From: a phage
Strand: one strand, 5' to 3'
Sequence record: PZ715804.1
Length of the DNA stretch: 49,773 bases
How positions within the stretch are numbered: position 1 is the stretch's first letter; each line of letters starts with the position of its first letter. The notes under the pieces are model-generated. The model did no database searches, was not told the DNA's origin, and saw only the letters and a program-made list of their open reading frames with translations. Below, one piece after another: positions 1 to 7,215 of this stretch. The translations under genes and the position numbers were made by a program.

Positions 1-275
1 ATGGCGTTTATAATAACTATGGAATTAAGCCTATCACGGTTGTTGGTTGGAACTTTTTGTCAGCAGGACAGAATTCAGCATCGTTCAGCTATCAAGTTCC
101 TCCTGGTATGCATGTGAATTACGTTATAAGCCTTGACGATGGCGCCATTAGTGGGCCTGGCAGGAAAATTATTGCTAGTGGTAATACGATAACAGTAACG
201 CCAACAAACTCACCCGAGCCAAACGTGTATCCATCATCAAACTGTTACTTAATAGCATATCTGGAGAATGATTAA
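1..275 (+). CDS. hypothetical protein, 3' portion truncated by window start (codon phase starts at nt 3); likely the continuation of the ORF that starts at 49743 if the genome is circular
   Basis: Open frame from window edge to TAA at 273-275; junction with the window end is in frame. Confidence 0.4.
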   Translation, partial: GVYNNYGIKPITVVGWNFLSAGQNSASFSYQVPPGMHVNYVISLDDGAISGPGRKIIASGNTITVTPTNSPEPNVYPSSNCYLIAYLEND

Positions 276-964
276 TGTCATACGGTGCTTTTATAGATGT
301 AAACGGAAACCCATTCATAACCCCGTTATCCACGCCATTCGCCTTATATGCGAAAGGGGAAATTCAATCAGTAAATGTTAGTGGTTCACAGGTTGCGGAG
401 AGATATGTTCGGATACCTACAGGTGTTCCGGTTATAGCTTTTTGCAAAACAACAAACACGCAGCAGGGGACCGCGCTTTCAGCCTTTACTTTCAGAAGCG
501 GACCCAATGTTGGAACTGTTTATATAAGGGGGACAAATCCAGCAAACCAATCATACACGCTAACATATTACATATTTGCCATATTTGAGCAGTCACTACC
601 GAGCTGGGGTATGGCAATATGGGATGCGTCAGGAAAGCTAGTGCTGACAAATGAGACAAAAGTCCTTAGTGATTTGGTTACAATCGGCACTCCTGGGTAC
701 GCTGGCGGTGGGCTAAACATAGACGCAACACTCAGCGGAAGCTACGCAGTTGTCCCAACTATACTTGGCAACTATCAAATTGTTATCGGCAGATTGCCAA
801 CTGGGCAACCCATAATAGGAAACTCAACAGCAGGCAGTTCATGCAGATACAACGGGAGCACAACGAGAATAAATGCAGCAGCAACCACTGCGGCAGGTCG
901 GATATTGAACACCACGAATAATGGAAATATTATAACAGCAATAAAAACGGCAGCATACGACTAA
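275..964 (+). CDS. hypothetical protein (229 aa), possibly tail/fibre-associated given position downstream of J-like gene
   Basis: ORF track; GGAGA RBS before ATG 275; intrinsic terminator follows. Confidence 0.45.
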   Translation: MSYGAFIDVNGNPFITPLSTPFALYAKGEIQSVNVSGSQVAERYVRIPTGVPVIAFCKTTNTQQGTALSAFTFRSGPNVGTVYIRGTNPANQSYTLTYYIFAIFEQSLPSWGMAIWDASGKLVLTNETKVLSDLVTIGTPGYAGGGLNIDATLSGSYAVVPTILGNYQIVIGRLPTGQPIIGNSTAGSSCRYNGSTTRINAAATTAAGRILNTTNNGNIITAIKTAAYD

Positions 965-987
965 GCCCCTTTCGGGGCTTTTCTTTT
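965..987 (+). terminator. intrinsic terminator after the 275..964 gene
   Basis: GCCCC-TTTC-GGGGC hairpin then TTTTCTTTT. Confidence 0.7.
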
Positions 988-1213
988 ACATCGAGCAATC
1001 GTGAGACTTGAAGTTATTCTCTGATACGTAATGGAATGAGAATGGATACCCAGCACGCAACAGCATCTCATCACCGCGCATCTTTGATCCAAAAACGGAA
1101 ACCGAGTACTCTGCGTCACCTGATTCATAAATCGCAGTACAAGTGCGCTCAGGCATCGATGAGCAACCAGTCAGGATGAATGCCGCAGCAATAATGGTGA
1201 TTAATTTTTTCAT
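986..1213 (-). CDS. cor: Cor-like small lipoprotein (superinfection exclusion candidate)
   Basis: 75 aa from internal Met with GAGGA RBS; signal peptide MKKLITIIAAAFILTGC with lipobox LTGC; location after tail-tip genes as in T1/phi80-type phages. Confidence 0.5.
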   Translation of the reverse strand: MKKLITIIAAAFILTGCSSMPERTCTAIYESGDAEYSVSVFGSKMRGDEMLLRAGYPFSFHYVSENNFKSHDCSM

Positions 1214-1294
1214 TTGCATGTCCTCGTCGTTAGTGTGATTGCATTGTATGTCGCATTTACTTTTATTGCAATAGCGCAATTACAATTTTTTTTC

Positions 1295-1465
1295 GTGTAA
1301 CGGGTGTCTATTTTTGTAACTGGAGATGGTGTTACAAAATCTACCCAATCCGAACGCAGGTAGATATGATAAAAACTCTATATAATATATATAGATAGAT
1401 AATATTTAATTTTAGCTTTATATATATAATTATTGTTGTGTAACAGTTGTCTATCGTGTAACTGG
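1295..1465. repeat. two imperfect direct repeats (about 29 bp, at 1295-1323 and 1438-1465) flanking an extremely AT-rich core (1374-1436)
   Basis: GTGTAAC-nGn-TGTCTAT-n-TGTAACTGG in both units. Confidence 0.6.
1312..1339. promoter_or_regulatory. perfect 9 bp inverted repeat TTTTGTAAC-N10-GTTACAAAA (candidate operator)
   Basis: Arms at 1312-1320 and 1331-1339; related GTTACAAAA half-sites at 19918-19926 and 20168-20178. Confidence 0.45.
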
Positions 1466-1682
1466 TGATTTGATTGATTCGTCAAATTTCTATCATATAT
1501 GTTCAAAATTTAATCAATATGGATTCTACTTGTAGCTATCCCTGTATTTCTAAGAAAAAGCGGTTACAAGTATTACACAGTAGACATCACATAAAAATAG
1601 ACTTAAGCCATTGATTCCGTTAATGCTGGTTGTAACTTGAGCGATATAGACACGCTATTACACACCAATTACATGTATCCGA

Positions 1683-1710
1683 TTGACTAAACGCTGTTAA
1701 TGGCTATAAT
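1683..1710 (+). promoter_or_regulatory. near-consensus sigma70-type promoter upstream of exonuclease-erf-ssb genes
   Basis: TTGACT, 16 nt spacer, TATAAT about 30 nt before the exonuclease ATG. Confidence 0.5.
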
Positions 1711-1741
1711 GGATTCATCGTAAACGAGGGAGATAAACGCA

Positions 1742-2806
1742 ATGTTCCAGGTGTTCACATCAAGTCAGCTTTCTAATGACGAGTATCATAGCAACGAAGG
1801 TTGGGCGGCAGAGTATGTAAGCGGTTCTAGCCTTGCAGAAATTTATCAGACTTGCCCGGCTAACTGGAGATTCAAGAAGAATGAGACAACGAAGGCGCTG
1901 GAGTTTGGTACTCAGTCGCATACCAACTTTGAGAGCCGAGATCTGTTTACTGCAACGTATGCACGTTGTCCGGCTCCGTCAGAGTTCAAGGATCTGATTA
2001 CGTCACAAGCCGCACTGGCTGCAAAATTAAAATCTTTCGGCCTGAAAGGTACATCCGGTAAGCAGTACCCGGACCTCATCAAGATGATGGTTGATTGCGG
2101 TGAAGAGCTAAACGTCCAATATCTGATCGAGTTGATTGCGGAAGCAGAGGCGCGCTCTGAAGGAAAGAAATTGGTTGACGCTGACAAATACGACGCTTGC
2201 ATGAAGATGAGAGCAATCCTTGAACAAAATCCTGATCACGAAGCGTGCATCAACAGTGAAACGGCGCAGCGTGAGATTTCAATCTTCGGTGAGATATCCG
2301 GCGTCAAGGTTAAGGTTCGACTTGACCATCTGGACTACAAAGAGAATGTTCCAGGTCGTGTCCTGACTGGTTATGATGAGAATGGAGATCCGGTATTCGA
2401 AGATGTTATTTTCCCTGAAGCACTGATTATCACTGACTTCAAAACAACAATGAGCGCCAACCCGTTAGAGTTCCCGAGACTGGCATACAATCACGGGTAT
2501 TATCTGAAAATGGCCTTGCAGCATGATCTGCTACGACGCGCAATCCAGGCTGGCGCTTTTGAAGGCAACTTCCCGGAAGATATCCCGATCGTAGTTCGAT
2601 TGCTGGCTCAGGAGAAAAAAGAGCCTTACATCGCACTTGCTTACCGTATGACTATGGAGCAAATCAGGATCGGTCGTAGCCAGTATGTTAGCGTAGTCCA
2701 CACTTACAAGGCTTGCTCTGAAATGGATGTTTGGCCTGGGTACGCTGGCGACGCAAGCGAGATTGAACTTGAAACGCCATCATGGGTGCGTTACCAAAAT
2801 AAGTAA
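1742..2806 (+). CDS. PD-(D/E)XK family exonuclease (recombination exonuclease)
   Basis: 354 aa; motifs RLDHLD and IITDFKTT (D-x-K) plus YNHGYYLK; sits immediately upstream of ERF and SSB. Confidence 0.55.
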   Translation: MFQVFTSSQLSNDEYHSNEGWAAEYVSGSSLAEIYQTCPANWRFKKNETTKALEFGTQSHTNFESRDLFTATYARCPAPSEFKDLITSQAALAAKLKSFGLKGTSGKQYPDLIKMMVDCGEELNVQYLIELIAEAEARSEGKKLVDADKYDACMKMRAILEQNPDHEACINSETAQREISIFGEISGVKVKVRLDHLDYKENVPGRVLTGYDENGDPVFEDVIFPEALIITDFKTTMSANPLEFPRLAYNHGYYLKMALQHDLLRRAIQAGAFEGNFPEDIPIVVRLLAQEKKEPYIALAYRMTMEQIRIGRSQYVSVVHTYKACSEMDVWPGYAGDASEIELETPSWVRYQNK

Positions 2807-2813
2807 ACGGCAC

Positions 2814-2857
2814 AAATAGCTAAACAAATAATTAATGAGGTGTTATAATGCACCTCA
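2814..2857 (+). promoter_or_regulatory. variant motif-hairpin element upstream of erf (truncated motif AAATAGCTAAAC; TATAAT in hairpin loop)
   Basis: Hairpin TGAGGTG-TTATAATG-CACCTCA at 2836-2857 followed by CCAATCAGGAG RBS. Confidence 0.4.
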
Positions 2858-2880
2858 TACACCAATCAGGAGAAGTTAAG

Positions 2881-3528
2881 ATGCAATTATCACCAGAAAC
2901 AAACGAAATTCTTCCCGCACTGTTCAATGCTCGCAACAAATTTGCTAAAGCAAAGAAGGACGCAAAAAACAATCACCTGAAAAATTCATACGCAACCCTT
3001 GATGCAATGATGGCGGCCGTTAGCCCGGCGCTCACCGATAACGATATTATGATCCTGCAATCAATGCTGGACACCAGCACGGAAACAACCTTCCATCTTG
3101 AAACGATGCTGATTCACAAATCCGGGCAATGGGCCAAGTTCTTCATGATGATGCCTATTGCAAAGCGCGATCCTCAAGGTGTAGGCTCAGCGATGACGTA
3201 TGCGCGGCGTTACTCATTAGCCGCAGCGCTGGGGATTAGCCAGAGTGATGACGATGCTCAGCTTGCAGTGAAATCTGTCAAGGACTGGAAAAAAGAACTT
3301 GATGCGTGTGAAGATATCGAATCACTGAAAGAGGCATGGGCTAACGCTTACCGCCAGACGGACACGGCAAGCAAGTCAATCATTCAGGATCACTACAACG
3401 CACTTAAGGCTAAGTTTGAGATCGGTAAAGCTCGTGGTATTCGCCCGGCGCAACCGGAGCAGAAAAAACAGGTTGAAGCAACGAGCGCGAAGCCTGTACA
3501 ATCTCAATCAATCACCAACTTCGAATAA
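2881..3528 (+). CDS. erf: ERF-family single-strand annealing protein
   Basis: Start moved to ATG 2881 behind CCAATCAGGAG RBS; hallmark GSAMTYARRYSLAAALGI and YATLDAMMAAVSPAL segments. Confidence 0.7.
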   Translation: MQLSPETNEILPALFNARNKFAKAKKDAKNNHLKNSYATLDAMMAAVSPALTDNDIMILQSMLDTSTETTFHLETMLIHKSGQWAKFFMMMPIAKRDPQGVGSAMTYARRYSLAAALGISQSDDDAQLAVKSVKDWKKELDACEDIESLKEAWANAYRQTDTASKSIIQDHYNALKAKFEIGKARGIRPAQPEQKKQVEATSAKPVQSQSITNFE

Positions 3529-3573
3529 TCATCAGGGCGGCTTCGGTCGCCCATAAATTTTAGGAGAGAAATA

Positions 3574-3987
3574 ATGCATATTATCACTGGCGAGATCCGC
3601 AAAGAACCTAAGATTCTTGAACGTAACGGCGGCAATACTTATATCATCGAACTGGCAGAAAGCTATAAGCCTCGTGATGGCGATCGTGAATACACCAACT
3701 ACACATTCTTTTTTAGCGACGGTGGAAAGCCTGGCCTTGCTGATTGGTATCGTGAAGCGTTTCAGGTGGGTCGGGTAATTTCAGTATCTTGCGAATCTCT
3801 GAAGATTTATTCACGCGAGCATAACGGAACGGTTTATAACTCTCTGCAAGCGGCAGACTTCCCGAAGTTGGTATTTAGTCAACGAGGGCAAAGCAATCAA
3901 CAACGAGCACCGCAGCAACAACAGCGAACGCAATCACAGCCACAGCCAAATCCTCAATCAACTTTCGATGATGATATCCCGTTCTAA
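3574..3987 (+). CDS. ssb: single-stranded DNA-binding protein
   Basis: 137 aa; Gln/Pro-rich linker and C-terminal acidic tail ...TFDDDIPF identical in form to the E. coli SSB C-terminus. Confidence 0.85.
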   Translation: MHIITGEIRKEPKILERNGGNTYIIELAESYKPRDGDREYTNYTFFFSDGGKPGLADWYREAFQVGRVISVSCESLKIYSREHNGTVYNSLQAADFPKLVFSQRGQSNQQRAPQQQQRTQSQPQPNPQSTFDDDIPF

Positions 3988-3992
3988 CAAAA

Positions 3993-4014
3993 ATCCCCGC
4001 AATGCGGGGATTTT
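3993..4014. terminator. bidirectional intrinsic terminator between ssb and the tail fibre gene
   Basis: ATCCCCGC-AAT-GCGGGGAT hairpin flanked by A-run and T-run. Confidence 0.75.
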
Positions 4015-4015
4015 A

Positions 4016-5572
4016 TCATTTGGACTTCAACATTTTTATCTCTTCTTGTAACTCTTCAACTTTCTTTATTGTATCCTGTAAAGCTCTCATAGTGTCAAGC
4101 AATAAAGGAGTTGTATCAAGCTCAAGCCTTTCAACTTTTGGCCCGTTTAGCTCGTGGCTCTCATACACCCTTCTCTTAACATATAGATTGTCGATCTCTT
4201 CTATCTCCTGAGCTATAACACCTCTCCTTACCCTTTCTTGCTCATCATCGTTAAATATAAAGTTCCTAAATCTCATTGATTTTATGTTGTTGTATGCAAT
4301 GCTTGATTCATCATCCTTTATGCCGTGCTTTATATTTCTGTCAGATGCCGGAACCTGTTGGAAACTTCCAGCCCCTTGCGGTCCAGCGTAAGATATTTGC
4401 CCTGAAGCCATAAACCTGAAATGCATTTGCAGACCAATATTGCCTGCTCCATCCCTATTTTGAGTGCCTACTGATATTTGTGCCCTGGGCCATTCAGGAT
4501 TACCCGTAGTCATCATGCCAAATGCTACGCCGCCAACGTATCCCTGACCTCTGGTGTCACACGATCCAGCAATAAGTGATTGATAGTTTTCAGCACCACT
4601 ATCAGCGGTGTAAGCATTACCCTGGAAGCATGAAGCAGACCACATCTGGTTGTAACCCATAGATGTTTTCTGGCATAAAAACTGATTAGCTCTGAATCTA
4701 TTGTTAGTCTCGAAGTAGTTTGCCCCCTCATAAAATAATAAAGCCCCAGCATAACCATTATCGCTACGTTCTTTTCTGACGTAAATACCTGGCGTAGATA
4801 TTCCATCAGGTGACATAATCATCAATGATGACAATATGGACTGACTACCCCAGCTAGAACCGTCCCATGAATTCCTTCCTGCACCTATAGCGCCAGTGGT
4901 GTTAATAGTAAGAAAGTTAACAGCATCATTTTCACCTAACCCAATATTTTTTCTTGACTCTTTTTTATCCTCAAGACCAGCTAGATTGCCATCCTTAGTT
5001 AAAAGATTTTCAGCGTCAACGCTATTTGCTGCGTCCTTTGCTTCCTGCGCACTGACTGCTGCTGCATCTTTTGCGCTAACCGCTGCATCGCGTGCAGCGT
5101 TGGCTGCGTCACGCGCTAATTCAGCCTGATTTTGCGCAGCTTGAGAATCAGATTTCGCCTGATTCACATCAGCAACTATTTGCTCAAGTTTATTCATATC
5201 AGCAACTATTTGCTCAAGTTTATTCATATCAAGCTGATTTATCAGGTCTATAGCTGCCGCAATCTCAGTCTCTTTGCTTTGATAGTATCGAAGAGTCTCG
5301 GCGACGTTTTGAGCTAATCCGTTAACGGTTAGAGAGTCATTAAGTAGGATCACATACTTACCGTCATCGGCAGTCTGACCATCAGTAGAGATAGCCTTTA
5401 ATTCTGTATCACTAACGATATCGCTAATCACAGCTAGCTTAATTGGTTGCTCAAGGAACACGATAGTTGCACCTACGCGAATAAGAGCAAGCTGGTCTTT
5501 CCATTTTGTATCGGTTCCGTGAACCGTTCCGTCTGCATCCATTGATGCAGTGCCGCGTCGATATAAAGCCAT
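4016..5572 (-). CDS. tail fibre protein with C-terminal intramolecular chaperone (peptidase S74-like) domain
   Basis: 518 aa; coiled-coil region with duplicated MNKLEQIVAD; C-terminal segment RRGVIAQEIEEIDNLYV typical of S74 autoproteolytic chaperone domains; AAGGAG RBS. Confidence 0.75.
   Translation of the reverse strand: MALYRRGTASMDADGTVHGTDTKWKDQLALIRVGATIVFLEQPIKLAVISDIVSDTELKAISTDGQTADDGKYVILLNDSLTVNGLAQNVAETLRYYQSKETEIAAAIDLINQLDMNKLEQIVADMNKLEQIVADVNQAKSDSQAAQNQAELARDAANAARDAAVSAKDAAAVSAQEAKDAANSVDAENLLTKDGNLAGLEDKKESRKNIGLGENDAVNFLTINTTGAIGAGRNSWDGSSWGSQSILSSLMIMSPDGISTPGIYVRKERSDNGYAGALLFYEGANYFETNNRFRANQFLCQKTSMGYNQMWSASCFQGNAYTADSGAENYQSLIAGSCDTRGQGYVGGVAFGMMTTGNPEWPRAQISVGTQNRDGAGNIGLQMHFRFMASGQISYAGPQGAGSFQQVPASDRNIKHGIKDDESSIAYNNIKSMRFRNFIFNDDEQERVRRGVIAQEIEEIDNLYVKRRVYESHELNGPKVERLELDTTPLLLDTMRALQDTIKKVEELQEEIKMLKSK
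5162..5221. repeat. in-frame tandem repeat, two copies of 30 bp (one mismatch), inside the tail fibre coiled-coil
   Basis: ATTCA(C/T)ATCAGCAACTATTTGCTCAAGTTT twice, partial third copy follows; encodes MNKLEQIVAD twice on the minus strand. Confidence 0.85.
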
Positions 5573-5593
5573 AATATAAACTCCTTAAGTAAA

Positions 5594-5611
5594 TAGCACG
5601 AATTGCTAAAC
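5594..5611. promoter_or_regulatory. motif copy (TAGCACGAATTGCTAAAC) immediately upstream, on the opposite strand, of the tail fibre RBS
   Basis: Motif lies 8-25 nt from the AAGGAG RBS of the minus-strand tail fibre gene. Confidence 0.4.
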
Positions 5612-5652
5612 ACAGATTTTATCATCGCGCCATGAGTCTTGCAACGGGCAAC

Positions 5653-5672
5653 AAAAAACCGCCAGAAGGCGG
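5653..5672 (-). terminator. intrinsic terminator after the primase-like gene (minus strand)
   Basis: Plus-strand AAAAAACCGCCAGAAGGCGG; hairpin then T-run on minus strand. Confidence 0.65.
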
Positions 5673-6608
5673 TTAAAGTAGGTCGCTTGCTGAGAATAAT
5701 TTGGCTTGCATTCCTGAGCGGTATCCTCCCGGATTTGGGATGATTATCTTTAATTGTCGATCGTCAGCCATATATAGTGTTTCTTTGTCTGAAGGCTCGC
5801 ACGCCACCCGCATCTCCCGATCCCCATTGTATCTGTAAGCAACCATTTCGAGATTTTCAGGAGTGAAGCAGGCCCATACTTCTTGCTTTGTGTGAAATGC
5901 AATATGCTGAGCATCAATCCAGTTCAGGCATAAGTAGATCGCCTTTTCTGTTTTACCAGTCACGGCAACCGAGCAACTCGTGTATTTCTTCGCGTAAAAT
6001 GATTCTCTTCCTTCCTCATCAATAATCAAAATATTGCAAAACTCGTCATCAAGCCCGTCCTCGTGTACAAGTTGACACGGGATAGTGTGAAATAACGATT
6101 CCCCGCCATCCTCTCGGCGTTTTACGCCAACGTCGAATGATTCAGTAGGAAGAGACTCAAACACGCTTAGAGGAGTGTTTACGCGCTTCTCTGTGCGCTC
6201 CATGACTTTCATCACCGCTTCATGATCTGCCATCATGACATTGACACCCGATACCGGAGTCCGGCGCGCTTTCTTGTTTGCCTTGACGATGTATTCCTGC
6301 GGAACTTTTCCGAGAAATCTTCCCAGGATATTTATGCATTCGCTATACGGCATACCAGTTAATTTCATCAACCAACCTATCCCGGAGTCGTTACCGCATG
6401 AGTTGCAGATTGCACCGCCGTCTCCTGGGGTATTCAGATTGTCTGTCCAGCGAAAACGGTCTTTACCTCCACAGTTAGGGCAAGGTTGATGCTTCTTGTT
6501 GAATACCTCGTTAGGTAATCCGCATAATGACTGGAATGCATCTCGCCATAACCCCTTCATATACGGCAAGACGTCCTCTTTCTGAAACATCATAAACTCT
6601 TCGTTCAC
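5673..6608 (-). CDS. putative DNA primase (zinc-ribbon primase-like)
   Basis: 311 aa; GTG start with GGAG RBS; CPNCGGKDRFRW...CNSCG zinc-ribbon typical of phage/plasmid primases. Confidence 0.5.
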   Translation of the reverse strand: MNEEFMMFQKEDVLPYMKGLWRDAFQSLCGLPNEVFNKKHQPCPNCGGKDRFRWTDNLNTPGDGGAICNSCGNDSGIGWLMKLTGMPYSECINILGRFLGKVPQEYIVKANKKARRTPVSGVNVMMADHEAVMKVMERTEKRVNTPLSVFESLPTESFDVGVKRREDGGESLFHTIPCQLVHEDGLDDEFCNILIIDEEGRESFYAKKYTSCSVAVTGKTEKAIYLCLNWIDAQHIAFHTKQEVWACFTPENLEMVAYRYNGDREMRVACEPSDKETLYMADDRQLKIIIPNPGGYRSGMQAKLFSASDLL

Positions 6609-6621
6609 TTCCAGATCTCCA

Positions 6622-6660
6622 AATAAAAAACGCGTAGAAGGATGTTAACCCGCTACGCGT
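6622..6660 (-). terminator. hairpin plus T-run (minus strand) after the HTH gene, fused to the primase RBS
   Basis: 8 bp stem ACGCGTAG/CTACGCGT; on minus strand followed by T-run, GGAG and GTG start. Confidence 0.55.
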
Positions 6661-6664
6661 CGTT

Positions 6665-6686
6665 TGTTTTAACTAAAAATGCTATT
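6665..6686 (-). promoter_or_regulatory. motif copy (minus orientation) encoding the last codons and stop of the HTH gene
   Basis: Minus-strand reading AATAGCATTTTTAGTTAAAAC; followed by terminator then primase RBS. Confidence 0.4.
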
Positions 6687-7121
6687 TGTCGTTCCAATAT
6701 CTTCCTTCTTCACGACCCGCATAAACTTCTTGTTTTTGCAGCGCTTCTCAAGGCACTTTCCGTTCCCATCAAACTTCAGATCGAATCGCAGCCATGCGGC
6801 CCGAAATCCTTTGCAACCCTGTCGGCGATAAGCACGATGCGCCGCTTCAGCGCCTTGCCAGGAAATCATATTTCGATCCTTCCAACCTTGAACCGTCTGA
6901 TTGCTAACTTTCAGAGCCTTTGCACAAGCCGCCGGACCACCATAATATTCAATAAGAGCATCCAATCGCGCTCTCAGTCCTGCGCGCGTTTCTTCTTTAT
7001 GGATATAAAATCCGCAGCGCTGGCGAGGCTTTTTATCTTTACCGCGTCGCGTTCCGTTGTTACCATTGATGTGACGTTTATCGATTTCACCAGTAGACTC
7101 TGCGATACGTTTCATATTCAT
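6669..7121 (-). CDS. putative DNA-binding protein (Cro/YdaS-like HTH)
   Basis: Start at internal Met (MNMKRIAE) with GGAGAA RBS; HTH-like AACAKALKVSNQTVQGWKDRNMIS; basic; C-terminus ...TNSIFS* is encoded by the repeated motif. Confidence 0.4.
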   Translation of the reverse strand: MNMKRIAESTGEIDKRHINGNNGTRRGKDKKPRQRCGFYIHKEETRAGLRARLDALIEYYGGPAACAKALKVSNQTVQGWKDRNMISWQGAEAAHRAYRRQGCKGFRAAWLRFDLKFDGNGKCLEKRCKNKKFMRVVKKEDIGTTNSIFS

Positions 7122-7134
7122 ATTAATTCTCCTG

Positions 7135-7177
7135 TAGCACTTTTTGCTAAAAACGTTTACTGTATGCCGTGTATTAT
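7135..7177 (+). promoter_or_regulatory. motif-spacer-(-10) cassette upstream of helicase
   Basis: TAGCACTTTTTGCTAAAAAC, 22 nt spacer, TATTAT. Confidence 0.5.
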
Positions 7178-7215
7178 ATCGTAAACGATACAACGATTCA
7201 AAGGATTAAATAGCC

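Noticed and set aside
1912-2202. Antisense or out-of-frame track ORFs nested inside large genes (for example 1912..2202, 8149..8715, 8727..9116, 15325..15531, 20609..21034, 23094..23537, 41013..41273, 43247..43534, 44216..44485, 47007..47222)
   Set aside because: Each lies wholly inside a longer, motif-supported gene on the other strand or frame, with no RBS or operon context.
5132-5317. 61 aa plus-strand ORF with repeated LIHISNYLLKF
   Set aside because: It is the antisense translation of the 30 bp tandem repeat inside the minus-strand tail fibre gene.
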